A stretch of DNA of 50,705 bases from assembly GCA_021802085.1 (NCBI GenBank), contig JAKAAZ010000001.1, positions 1 to 50,705 of the forward strand, in the 5' to 3' direction. The position numbers and the translations under genes were made by a program. Positions 25,746 to 35,465 of this stretch are shown piece after piece. This DNA comes from Acidobacteriota bacterium (GTDB taxonomy: Bacteria > Acidobacteriota > Terriglobia > Terriglobales > Acidobacteriaceae). The notes under the pieces were generated by a model. The model made no database searches. It was not told where the DNA came from and saw nothing but the letters and a program-made list of their open reading frames with translations. Numbering within the stretch: the stretch's first letter is position 1; every line of letters begins with the position of its first letter.

Positions 25746-27986
25746 ATGATCTGGATGAGGCCGTTTTCCCGTGAGGGAGGCGTCCTCATCGACTGTAAGA
25801 TTGAAACCGTTGCTGGAAGAAAGAGGTTGCCGGTGGACCGAAGGACATTCAATAAGCTGGCTGGTCTTGCAGGAATGAGCGCTCTCGTGGGACCTGTGGG
25901 AACAGCCCAGGCGCAAAGCACATTCAACACTGGAAAAGAGGGCCGAAAGCTCTGGAATCGCTATTTCCTGGGAACTGCCTATTATCCGGAATGGTGGGAG
26001 CCTTCGGAATGGGAAGTAGATTTCCGCAAAATGCAGGAACTGGGAATCAATACGGTCCGCATGGGAGAGTTTGCCTGGGCGATCTATGAACCCTCGCCCG
26101 GGAAGTTTGAATTCGACTGGATGGATCGAGCCATTGCTCTGGCAAACCACCACGGGATTGATGCGATTCTCGGCACGCCGACGGCGTCGGTGCCTCCTTG
26201 GTTATATCAGTCGCACCCGGACGTTTTGACAGGCGATGTCATTGGTCCATACACCTATGGCGGACGAAAGGGTTATTGCACCAGTAGCCCGAGTTATCAA
26301 GCAGCGTGCGAACGCATTGTGACCGCGCTGGCCGAGCACTACGGCCATCATCCGGGCGTGATCGGCTGGCAGCTTGATAATGAGCCGGGATTTCCATTCG
26401 AGGCCTTCGATCCCGATTCTGAGAGAGCGTTTCGAGTGTGGCTCCAGAAGCGATACGGAACGCTGGACGCGCTGAACCGCGATTGGAACGGCGCATTCTG
26501 GAGCAATCAATATACCGCCTGGTCGCAAATTCACTTCCCGAAGAATTCCGCTGAGGGCGGGTGGCAGCCCGCGATCACTCTGGCCTATCGGCAGTTCTTC
26601 TCAGATTCCTTTCTGAACCATTTACGGCGCCAGGCGGTTATTCTCCGAAAGGCGATGAAAGATCAATTCATCTCCACGAACTGGCCGAGCCCCACCTGGT
26701 CTGTGGACGTGTTTGCCGCCGCGACGGAGTTTCTGGATGCGACGGCATGGGATAACTATGTCATTGCGCCAGGCGTGAGCGGATTCCAGAACCAATATAT
26801 TTCAGGTTTCAATGACGATTTCTCCCGATGCGCCGGACCCCACCAGCGGTTCTTCTGCGCGGAGCAAATTGCCTATGTCCCGGCCAACGCCGTCGATGAA
26901 GGCCTGCGACTGCAGGCGTATATCAATCTTGCGCATGGAAGTCACGGGCATCTCTACTTCGAGTGGCGTCGTCCGCTGGCCGGCAACGAGCAATTCCGGC
27001 CTTCCTTCATCCAAGCCTTCGACGGGTCGATCCCGGCGAAACCGATTTTCGAGCAAATCGGCAGAGAGTTCGCGCGTCTTGGTCCGCGCCTGGCGGAAGC
27101 GGTCACACGCGCGGACATCGCTCTGCTCTACAATTTCGACAACGAATGGTCGCAGGGATTCGGATCGATTGGTCCTAAGGGTCGACCATACAACAGCGAA
27201 GAGGGTCGCTACTATCGCGGCATCAAGGTGCTACAGCGCAATGTCGATGTTGTCCCGGTGTCGGTAGACTTTTCAGGTTACACGTTGATCGTCGCACCGA
27301 ATCTGCATCTGGTCGACGATGCGACCGTTACGCGATTGCAGGCATTCGTGTCTCGCGGTGGAATTCTTGTTCTCAATTACCGTGCCGGCACACAGAAGAT
27401 GGATGTCAGCATGAGGCGAGTGCTCCCGCCGGGCCCGTTCGCGGAGATGGCGGGGGTGACCGCAGAAGCCAACGAAGTGGACTTCATTGAGTATCCGGTC
27501 TTGGAAAAGGCTGGATTTGGAATCAGCCTGTCGAGAAGCGACACGGTTTTTCGTCCGCGCACGATTCTTGAATCGCTCACGCTGCATGGGGCCGAATCGA
27601 TCGCGACCTTTCGCGGAGGCAGGATGACAGGCCGACCGGCGATCACTCGCAATCGCCATGGACAAGGCTGGGTTTTCTATGTGGGGACGGATTGCGCTGA
27701 AGATGATTTTTACGAAGCCCTTGCCCGAGCGGTCGGAACTACAGGCAAGTTGTCTCCACTGATCGCTGCGCCTTATGGCGTGGAAGTGGTAAGTCGAGAC
27801 GATGCGGAGGCAACCTACTATTTTCTGCTGAACCTCACCGAGACGGCGCACAGCGATATCGCATTGCCCAAGCCAATGGATGATCTAGTCGCTGAACGAA
27901 CTGGTCTGACAAAAGTGTCTCTGGGACCGCTCGAAGTCGCCGTGCTAACGACGCCAAAAGCAGCGCAATTCCTGAATGCCCGATAA
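25746..27986 (+). CDS. Beta-galactosidase, glycoside hydrolase family 42, with Tat-type signal peptide
   Basis: GTAYYPEWW...INTVRMGEFAWAIYEPSPGKFEFDWMD is a GH42 catalytic-domain start. The N-terminal extension carries RRTFNKL and AQA. Confidence 0.9.
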   Translation: MIWMRPFSREGGVLIDCKIETVAGRKRLPVDRRTFNKLAGLAGMSALVGPVGTAQAQSTFNTGKEGRKLWNRYFLGTAYYPEWWEPSEWEVDFRKMQELGINTVRMGEFAWAIYEPSPGKFEFDWMDRAIALANHHGIDAILGTPTASVPPWLYQSHPDVLTGDVIGPYTYGGRKGYCTSSPSYQAACERIVTALAEHYGHHPGVIGWQLDNEPGFPFEAFDPDSERAFRVWLQKRYGTLDALNRDWNGAFWSNQYTAWSQIHFPKNSAEGGWQPAITLAYRQFFSDSFLNHLRRQAVILRKAMKDQFISTNWPSPTWSVDVFAAATEFLDATAWDNYVIAPGVSGFQNQYISGFNDDFSRCAGPHQRFFCAEQIAYVPANAVDEGLRLQAYINLAHGSHGHLYFEWRRPLAGNEQFRPSFIQAFDGSIPAKPIFEQIGREFARLGPRLAEAVTRADIALLYNFDNEWSQGFGSIGPKGRPYNSEEGRYYRGIKVLQRNVDVVPVSVDFSGYTLIVAPNLHLVDDATVTRLQAFVSRGGILVLNYRAGTQKMDVSMRRVLPPGPFAEMAGVTAEANEVDFIEYPVLEKAGFGISLSRSDTVFRPRTILESLTLHGAESIATFRGGRMTGRPAITRNRHGQGWVFYVGTDCAEDDFYEALARAVGTTGKLSPLIAAPYGVEVVSRDDAEATYYFLLNLTETAHSDIALPKPMDDLVAERTGLTKVSLGPLEVAVLTTPKAAQFLNAR

Positions 27987-28093
27987 CTCACGAGAGAGCA
28001 TGCAAGGTTGTGAGGTGGATGAATTTCACAGGATGAAGTAGGCATCCACGATAGGTCCTTGTCATGAAGAGACGGAACGAATTGCTGGAACAA

Positions 28094-28248
28094 TGCTGCC
28101 GGTGGACGCTGTTCGGCTCGCTGAAGGTGGAACGGCTGCACGATCAGCGTCTTGCAACCCCATCGGGCCTCTCAGTTGGCGATCCAGAGGGCAAAGCAAA
28201 AGATCGGCCCCCTTCCATGTCGGCTATTCTTCTCACATCAACGCGGAG
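28094..28248 (+). mobile_element. Decayed 3' remnant of an IS3-family transposase (rve C-terminus), frameshifted
   Basis: LFGSLKVERLHDQRLAT resembles the conserved FFGSLKxE...R.AT stretch. In the +2 frame, KRSAPFHVGYSSHINAE resembles the terminal RRHSxLGYxSPxxFE. Confidence 0.4.
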
Positions 28249-28680
28249 TTGTTGACGGTTGTCCGGGGTCTCAGGTTCCTCCAACCGTCCTATCCGCCGA
28301 TTCAGATGGAAAGCTCCACCACCCATGACATCGTGCAGGCGGTGTTGGATGGAAGACTTCAGGCTGGCATCGGGATATTCCCTTGGCGCCAGCCGGAGTT
28401 GGTGATCCGGGAGATCTATGATGAGCCGTTCACGGCCTGCATGCCGAAACACCATCGGCTGGCGGAGATGACCTCCATCTCTCCTGAGGAATTGGGCAAG
28501 GAGTCTTCAATTGTGATTGGACGCCAGGCCCTGCCGGAGGTGTTTCATGAGGTGAAGCGGCACTTCCGGGCGCTCGGGATCAAAGTACACATTCCTGTCG
28601 AGACCGCTATTTCATCGAACTCACCTCGATCCGAACGTGCGCTACCGCTGATTCCGCGTGCCCTGATGGTAAACTCAGCT
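28246..28680 (+). pseudogene. LysR-family regulator fragment (substrate-binding domain only, no HTH)
   Basis: YPPIQMESSTTHDIVQAVLDGRLQAGIGIFPWRQPELVIREIYDEPFTACMPKHHRLA is a typical LysR effector-domain core. The N-terminal ~100 aa are missing and the C-terminus degenerates into lepA. Confidence 0.6.
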
Positions 28681-28753
28681 GAAGAGACAGCACTTCCACG
28701 GCCGATGCGATCGGCGCATGGAATCGCATCTTATCCGCCAGCCGGCTTCCTTC

Positions 28754-30559
28754 ATGGATCGTGAACACATCCGCAATTTCGCCATCATTGCCCATATCGA
28801 CCATGGGAAATCCACACTTTCCGACCGGCTGCTGGAACTGACCGGCTCGTTGACCGCGCGCGAAATGCAGGCGCAGGTGCTGGATGCGATGGACCTGGAA
28901 CGCGAGCGCGGCATCACGATCAAGGCGCACGCGGTCCGCATGGCATACCAGGCGGAGAATGGTGAAACCTACCAACTGAATCTGATCGACACGCCTGGCC
29001 ATGTGGATTTTTCGTATGAAGTTTCGCGCTCGCTGGCATCGTGCGAAGGCGCGCTGTTGATTGTCGACGCCACGCAGGGAGTGGAGGCGCAGACGCTGGC
29101 GAATGCCCACATTGCCATCAATAATGGGTTGGACATTATCCCCATCATCAACAAGATCGATCTGCCGAGCGCGGACGTGGAGCGCAGCAAGGAAATGATC
29201 GAGCAGACGATTGGCCTGGATGCCAGCCATGCGCTGCCGATCAGCGCGAAGACGGGGCTGGGCGTGGAGGCAGTGCTGGAAGCCGTCGTGCACCGCCTGC
29301 CGCCGCCCACCGGCGATGCGGAAGCCCCGCTGCAGGCGCTTATTTTCGATTCCTGGTTCGATTCGTACCGCGGCGTGGTGGTGCTGACCCGCGTCATCAA
29401 TGGACGGCTGAAGCGGGGCGAGAAAATCCGGCTGATGTCGAACGGCAAATCGTTCGAAGTGGAATCGATCGGGGTGCAGACGCCGAAGCCGGTTGTGGTG
29501 CAGGAGCTTTCCGCAGGCGAAGTTGGATTTTTTGTCGCCACCATCAAGAACGTGGCGGACGCCAAGATTGGCGACACGATTACGCACGAGGCCAACCCGT
29601 GCGCGGCTGCGCTGCCGGGGTTTGAAGACATCAAGCCGATGGTGTTTGCCGGGCTGTACACGGTGGACGCCCATGAACATACCTTGCTGCGGGAGGCGCT
29701 GGAAAAATTGCGTCTGAACGACTCTTCCTTCTTCTTCGAGCCGGAAAGTTCCGTGGCGCTCGGCTTCGGATTCCGCTGCGGCTTTCTTGGACTGCTGCAC
29801 ATGGAGATCATTCAGGAGCGGCTGGAACGGGAGTTCAATCTGGACCTGATCACGACGGCGCCGGGGGTGCGGTATCGCATCACGCTGACGGATGGCAAGG
29901 TGGTAGAGGTCGATAACCCGTCGCGCTGGCCGAATCCGACCAACATCGAAAAGATTGAGGAACCGGTCATCACCGCGACCATCCTGACGAATGAAGAATA
30001 TGTGGGCGGCATCCTGAAGCTGGTGGAAGACAAGCGCGGGCGGCAGAAGAATTTTGAATACGTCGGCCCGACTCGCGTGATGCTGACCTATGAGCTGCCG
30101 CTGAATGAGATCGTGCTGGATTTCTACGACCGGCTGAAGTCCATCTCACGCGGCTATGCGTCGCTCGATTACCACCTGTCCGATACCTGGGAGTCGCCCA
30201 TGGTAAAGCTCGACATCCTGGTTTCGGGGGAACCGGTGGACGCGCTTTCCATCATCGTGCATCAGGAGTTTGCCTATGATCGCGGGCGGGCGCTGGTTTC
30301 CAAGATGCGAGAACTGATTCCGCGCCAGATGTTCGAGGTGGCCATCCAGGCGGCAATCGGAGCCAAGGTGATTGCGCGGGAAACGGTGGCGGCGCTGCGG
30401 AAGAACGTGATTGCCAAGTGTTATGGCGGCGACATTTCTCGCAAACGCAAGCTGCTGGAGAAGCAAAAAGAAGGCAAAAAGCGGATGAAGCGGATCGGGC
30501 GAGTGGACATTCCGCAGGAGGCTTTTCTGGCGGTTTTGAGGATCGGCGAAGAGTCCTGA
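28754..30559 (+). CDS. lepA: Translation elongation factor 4
   Basis: [15 protein letters not shown] (G1), DTPGH (G3), NKID (G4) and a LepA-specific C-terminus. ATG at 28754. Confidence 0.97.
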   Translation: MDREHIRNFAIIAHIDHGKSTLSDRLLELTGSLTAREMQAQVLDAMDLERERGITIKAHAVRMAYQAENGETYQLNLIDTPGHVDFSYEVSRSLASCEGALLIVDATQGVEAQTLANAHIAINNGLDIIPIINKIDLPSADVERSKEMIEQTIGLDASHALPISAKTGLGVEAVLEAVVHRLPPPTGDAEAPLQALIFDSWFDSYRGVVVLTRVINGRLKRGEKIRLMSNGKSFEVESIGVQTPKPVVVQELSAGEVGFFVATIKNVADAKIGDTITHEANPCAAALPGFEDIKPMVFAGLYTVDAHEHTLLREALEKLRLNDSSFFFEPESSVALGFGFRCGFLGLLHMEIIQERLEREFNLDLITTAPGVRYRITLTDGKVVEVDNPSRWPNPTNIEKIEEPVITATILTNEEYVGGILKLVEDKRGRQKNFEYVGPTRVMLTYELPLNEIVLDFYDRLKSISRGYASLDYHLSDTWESPMVKLDILVSGEPVDALSIIVHQEFAYDRGRALVSKMRELIPRQMFEVAIQAAIGAKVIARETVAALRKNVIAKCYGGDISRKRKLLEKQKEGKKRMKRIGRVDIPQEAFLAVLRIGEES

Positions 30560-30781
30560 AAAGTCGGGAATCCAGGACTGAAATTCATGCAGCCTTCACG
30601 ATGGATTGTGGAAAGCGCAAAAGAGGTATTTCCAGCGTGTCCGCCGAACAAATTCCGACCCGGAATAAATAGCCTAAATAAATCAGCAACTTATGGGAGA
30701 TTTATTCTAAAGTAACCGCGCGAGCGATGATCGGCGGACGGAGGCCACGCGCGGGCTGGGATTTCCCACAGTTTTTTCCAC

Positions 30782-30822
30782 AGGAAAAGGGGCGGCTCGC
30801 CGACACTTGGCCGGAGCCGCCC
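30782..30822 (-). terminator. Rho-independent terminator of skp
   Basis: 9-bp GC stem GGGCGGCTC / GAGCCGCCC (30790-30798 / 30814-30822), followed on the minus strand by CTTTTCC. About 60 nt after the skp stop. Confidence 0.6.
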
Positions 30823-30879
30823 AAAAGGTACAAATCAGTTGCCGTCTTGATCTATTTATCGGCAGTGGATCGCATACCT

Positions 30880-31551
30880 TTAATGCGACGTGGTTGTGCT
30901 GCGGTGGTGGGTGGTTGCGCTCGGCGTCGTGTGAGAGGCTGGCTGCACTGCCGGGGCCGGGGCTGCGATACCGGATTTCTGGTTATATTCCTCGACCACG
31001 GCCGCGCTGATATCCGCGCCCTTGCTCGCCCAGACAACTGGCGTCTGCTGCGAGCTCATATCGAACACCGCGCCATACCCGTGGGTCTGGGCGTAATCCT
31101 GCAACACGGCGTAGAATTTCTGCGCAATGCCCTGGTAGGCGTCGGTCATGGCCTGCTGAAAGTCCGACTGGGCGTTCTGCGCATCGCGCTGCAAGGTCTT
31201 TTCCTTGTCGTCGATGGTGCGCAGCCGTGCCGCTCGCTCGTCCGCGCTGAGAGTGGTGCCGTCAGTCTGCAACTGCTGTTTCAGCGAGTTGATCTGGTCG
31301 TCCTCGGCCTTCAGCTCGGCCTGCTTGGGGGCGAATTTCTGCTGAATTTTCTCAAAGGCCACGCGGCCTTCATTGGTGGCGGCCACCGCCGGCTGAAATG
31401 CGATGACAGCCACTTTCGTGGCTCCGGTGGGCGCGGGGGCGTGAGCGGCCGATTCCGGCGCCGGCGCGGATGGGGGTTGGCTGGTCTGCGCGATGGCGCC
31501 GACAGTGAAGGTCGCTGCCAGTGCGGCAACCGCGAATAGAGAACGCTTCAT
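30880..31551 (-). CDS. skp: OmpH/Skp family periplasmic chaperone
   Basis: 223 aa. Signal peptide MKRSLFAVAALAATFTVGAIAQ. Coiled-coil Q/K/E-rich core. Positioned downstream of bamA. Confidence 0.8.
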   Translation of the reverse strand: MKRSLFAVAALAATFTVGAIAQTSQPPSAPAPESAAHAPAPTGATKVAVIAFQPAVAATNEGRVAFEKIQQKFAPKQAELKAEDDQINSLKQQLQTDGTTLSADERAARLRTIDDKEKTLQRDAQNAQSDFQQAMTDAYQGIAQKFYAVLQDYAQTHGYGAVFDMSSQQTPVVWASKGADISAAVVEEYNQKSGIAAPAPAVQPASHTTPSATTHHRSTTTSH

Positions 31552-31706
31552 AATAATTTGGAACTCCTTTTACTTCCACTCTGGCTACCGCTGTATAGGC
31601 GGAGCAAAATTTGATACTTTCGTGGTCCTCGGATGCCGGATACGGGCCCGTGCCAATTGAACCCGCGCTAAAGCCGATTTACAGATGCTTTAGTTGAAAA
31701 TGGGAT

Positions 31707-31833
31707 GAGTCAGTCTGAGCCCTTCGGCTTCGCTCAGGGTAAACTCCGCGAAGAATCCAGAGGACGACGGCGGCAATGACAGGCGCATATTCTCTGGATT
31801 CTTCACTCCGCTACGCTCCATTCAGAATGACTC
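31707..31833. repeat. Palindromic intergenic repeat (MITE/REP-like), full copy
   Basis: Arms GAGTCAGTCTGAGC...GAAGAATCCAGAG and CTCTGGATTCTTC...TTCAGAATGACTC are inverted repeats. Related to copies at 1-74, 41591-41729 and 43647-43740. Confidence 0.8.
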
Positions 31834-32175
31834 CCTTTCACAAATTACTACACTAACTTTCAATTCGCTTTAGATTGAAACACCGGTCGCGCAACCGATT
31901 CTCCTAAATACTGTCGATTGCGAACATCGTAGAGAGTGTATCTCTCAGGAGGAACTGCACGCGGCTGGCTCTCCGCGCAACCTGTTCGGGGAAGCCGGAG
32001 CAGGAAAAGCTGCAAGATAGAAATCTGTGAGAATTATAGGAGCGGCGAAAATCGCCCGTCAAACGCAGTTCCCGATTTTTCCTCAATCGTCCAACTTCCT
32101 TTCCCTCAAACTTCTACTCCTCCAGACGGGCCTGGCGCGCAGCAGGATGGGCCGCCGGAAGAGAAGCATCCCAGA

Positions 32176-35148
32176 CTAAAACGAAGTACTGACGGTGACG
32201 CGGAGCGTCTTGCGCGGCTCCCATAGAAAGTATTCCGCGCCATAATTTGACAGCGCCTGCTGATAGGTATAGTCTCCAGCTCCGCCCTGGGGGAACATGC
32301 TGCGATTGAAGATGACGGTCGAACCCTCGTCCATGTGGAGACGATTTGGATTGTAGGCAAAATAGAGTCGAACCGGCGCATTGATGATGGGCAGCATGGC
32401 GGTAATCTGCGGCCCAACGGAAGTGCGGGGAACAATGTTGGTGCCGGGAATCGCGCCCAAGCGCAAGGGGAACGGCCCCAACGATGTCCACGGAACGCCT
32501 CCCTGGCAGGTGCCATTCACAAGGTGCGGACAACCGTACAGGGCGCCGTTCAAGTTGGAACTGGCCTGGGGATTCAATTGCAACTGGCTGTGGTTCAAGG
32601 CCATATCCAGGCCCATGTCTATGTAGAATGAGAAGTCCACCGGACCCGCGATCGGGATGCGGTACTCAATGTTGTTCGTGATCTGAGTGTCGCCACCGAT
32701 GGACGCCACAGAATAGATCGGCAGCGGAACCACCACGGGACCGAGGGTAGGATTGGTGGGATCTCTCGGAACCAGGGACCCATCCGCATTGGTCAGGTTA
32801 TACAGCACCTTGGTGGGAACGAATGAATACGGGGTGGAAGTACGAACATCGAAGCCGCGTATATCGTTCTCGCCACCAGCGTAGAAGCGATCGAAGGGAG
32901 AGGCCACGAGTCCGGCGATTCCCTGAATATAGGACGCCTGCAGACGGTATCCGAAGATATTGCGACCCTCCGGATTGAAGTGAAGTCCCGAGATCGGCCT
33001 GAAGAACTTGAATTCCACCAGCGGGCTGATCGAACTGACGTTGCCGCCCAGTCCTGAGCCCTGCAGGATCACATTGAGGCTCTTTCCATCCCGCGGGCGG
33101 TAGGGATTTCCCACCGTGCTGTAGCTGTAGCTGAGCGAAAGCTGACTGGTGATAATGCCATTCAAGGCGCTTTGGCCGGTGGTTCCGTGCCGGAAATTCA
33201 GGTACTGAAACAGGTTCGTGGTGGCCGGACTGAAGGCCTGGACATTGGAACGGTTCAGGCTGTACGTGGCGCCGACGCGTTTGAAGCTGCGAGGAACCAG
33301 GTAATTCGCCGACACGTTGACGCCGGTCATGACTTGATTGTAATTCTGCACAAACGATTGTTGGGCGGTATCGAAATTCTGGCTTCTTCCCGTCAACGAC
33401 AGCGGGTTCTTATAGGCGTTGTACTGGGACTTCTGCGTAGTGATCTGGAAGCCGATGCTGAGCGGATAGTTCCTTACATAAGGAATCGTCATGCCAAAGG
33501 TCAGGTTGCGCTGCAGATTGCCCATCGCGGCCTGCAAGGTGAGGGATTCGCCCAAGCCGAGGAAGTTGTTGGTCTGGTAGTTCAAGCCGAGGAATGCTCC
33601 GGAAAGGCCGCTGAATCCGCCATTCAATCCGATGGAGTTCTTGCCCTTCTCCTTAACGTTCAGCAGCAGGTTGACCGTGCCATTGTCGGCATCCTGTTGC
33701 GTCTCCGAGTCCTGGTCCACCTTCAGTGGATTGAAATAACTCAACTGATTCAGACGCAACAAGCTCATCTCCCACAGATGGCTGTTATAGACCTGTCCTT
33801 CTTCCAGGAGCAGCTCGCGTCGAATGACGTTGTCGCGGGTAGTGGTGTTCCCGCGGAATTCAATACGCGATACATAGTACGGCTTGCCCTCGTCGATATC
33901 GATGTTCAAATAGACGAGCTTCTTGGCTTCATCGATGCGCGGCGTCGGAACGGCGGTGAAATTGATATAACCCAGCTGTCCATATGCCTTCCGCATGTTC
34001 TCCAGGCCTTTGCCGATCATCGATGCGTTAAAGACCTGCCCATCCTTCAGCTTGAAGAGAGCACGCAGCGCCTTCACGTTGGTCACGCGCTTGTTGCCGG
34101 TAAATGTGATGCCGCCGAGGCGATACTGCTGTCCTTCGTCCACCGGCATGGTAATGTCGATCACCTTGCCCTTGCGGTTATGGATGAGCGGGACGTAGAG
34201 TCCCCCCTCATTGCGAATGTGCGTCAACGGCACGCCGATGCTGGCCCGAAAAAACCCGCGGTCTCGGTACGCCCCGCGCACCCTCTCGGAATCTTCCTCC
34301 AGCTTGCTTTCGTCGTAGGTACGGGAGAAGAGGTCTTCCAGGAGGATGGAATGCGGAATGCCGATCGGACGCAGGTTGACCATGGCGGCACGCAGGGTGC
34401 GGCTGGACACTTCCTTGTTGCCTTCAAAGCGGATATGTCCCACTTTGACGGTGGGACCTTCTTTGATGTTGAAATTGACGGAGACCGACGCCGGCGGAAT
34501 CGTCTTGATGACGGTGTGGATCGTCGCAAACTGATGGCCGTGTTCCGCCAGCAGCTCCTTGAGTACAGTTTCCGCCAACTTGATCTTGGTGGGGTCATAC
34601 TGACTATCCACCGACAGCGGCACCTTGGCCTTCTTAAAGCGGTCCAGCACGTCGGACTGGGACACGGAGCTGAGCCCTTTGTAGTTGATCTCGCGAATCG
34701 TTGGCCGCTCGCGAACGATGACAGTCAGGATGACGCCTTTGGGCGTGGACTCGCGCTCGATCTGGACGTTCTCAAAATATCCCGTGTTCCAAAGAGAATT
34801 AAAGTCCCGCTCCACGGTCTGCGGATCGTAGGCGTCCCCGACGTGGGAGAACATGCGCGCGAGAATGGTTTCTTTGGGGATCCTGCGATTGCCGATGACA
34901 CGAATTTCACTGATGATGCTGCCCTGCGGAACGCTGGCTTCGCTGGCCGGCGCGATGGACTGGATGGGGGACTGCTGCTGGGCCGCGGCACTGAAGCCCA
35001 GGCCGAGAAAAAAGAGTACCACCGCAAGAACTTGGACAGTCCGGCGGACCCACAGGCGGACGCTCGTGGCTGGTTGGTTTGGGACATGAAAGCCCCCTAG
35101 ACTCGCGGGAAAAATATGCACACCCTCACTGCCAAAAATCGATTCCAA
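32176..35148 (-). CDS. bamA: Outer membrane protein assembly factor BamA
   Basis: 990 aa. Repeated POTRA-like modules, then a beta-barrel ending in ...VSTSF. The true start may be downstream of 35148 (signal peptide VQVLAVVLFFLGLGFSAAAQ). Confidence 0.9.
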   Translation of the reverse strand: MESIFGSEGVHIFPASLGGFHVPNQPATSVRLWVRRTVQVLAVVLFFLGLGFSAAAQQQSPIQSIAPASEASVPQGSIISEIRVIGNRRIPKETILARMFSHVGDAYDPQTVERDFNSLWNTGYFENVQIERESTPKGVILTVIVRERPTIREINYKGLSSVSQSDVLDRFKKAKVPLSVDSQYDPTKIKLAETVLKELLAEHGHQFATIHTVIKTIPPASVSVNFNIKEGPTVKVGHIRFEGNKEVSSRTLRAAMVNLRPIGIPHSILLEDLFSRTYDESKLEEDSERVRGAYRDRGFFRASIGVPLTHIRNEGGLYVPLIHNRKGKVIDITMPVDEGQQYRLGGITFTGNKRVTNVKALRALFKLKDGQVFNASMIGKGLENMRKAYGQLGYINFTAVPTPRIDEAKKLVYLNIDIDEGKPYYVSRIEFRGNTTTRDNVIRRELLLEEGQVYNSHLWEMSLLRLNQLSYFNPLKVDQDSETQQDADNGTVNLLLNVKEKGKNSIGLNGGFSGLSGAFLGLNYQTNNFLGLGESLTLQAAMGNLQRNLTFGMTIPYVRNYPLSIGFQITTQKSQYNAYKNPLSLTGRSQNFDTAQQSFVQNYNQVMTGVNVSANYLVPRSFKRVGATYSLNRSNVQAFSPATTNLFQYLNFRHGTTGQSALNGIITSQLSLSYSYSTVGNPYRPRDGKSLNVILQGSGLGGNVSSISPLVEFKFFRPISGLHFNPEGRNIFGYRLQASYIQGIAGLVASPFDRFYAGGENDIRGFDVRTSTPYSFVPTKVLYNLTNADGSLVPRDPTNPTLGPVVVPLPIYSVASIGGDTQITNNIEYRIPIAGPVDFSFYIDMGLDMALNHSQLQLNPQASSNLNGALYGCPHLVNGTCQGGVPWTSLGPFPLRLGAIPGTNIVPRTSVGPQITAMLPIINAPVRLYFAYNPNRLHMDEGSTVIFNRSMFPQGGAGDYTYQQALSNYGAEYFLWEPRKTLRVTVSTSF

Positions 35149-35271
35149 CGGAAAACACGATTATACGGGAGATACACCCTGCATCCTAGCGCCCAGTTTT
35201 CCCCTGGCCCGTTTTTCGTTGCGGAGCGCCGTCGAACCGCGCTCCAGGCTCCTCAAACGTCTTCAGGCCAG

Positions 35272-35463
35272 CTAGCTTTCCAGCTGGGCCTCAATGACAA
35301 ATTCCTCTGCCGTACTGTTCCAGCAGATATCCAACACATTCGGCTTGCAACACACATGGCAATCTTCCACGTAGCGCTGATGCCTGCCGGCAGACTCATC
35401 GACCACCGTCTCATTCCATTCTCCGCATCCAGCGCACTGAAAACCCGCAGCGTCCGCCATCAC
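35272..35463 (-). CDS. CPXCG-motif cysteine-rich (zinc-ribbon) protein
   Basis: 63 aa. FQCAGCGEW...YVEDCHVCCKPNV matches the CPxCG...EDCxVCCxP family pattern. Starts 2 nt after the upstream gene's stop. Confidence 0.7.
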   Translation of the reverse strand: MMADAAGFQCAGCGEWNETVVDESAGRHQRYVEDCHVCCKPNVLDICWNSTAEEFVIEAQLES

Positions 35464-35465
35464 CG

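Noticed and set aside
33172-35100. 642-aa ORF on the plus strand
   Set aside because: It is entirely antisense to bamA. The composition is low-complexity and R/G/A/V-rich, with no motifs. This is the typical shadow ORF of GC-rich coding DNA.
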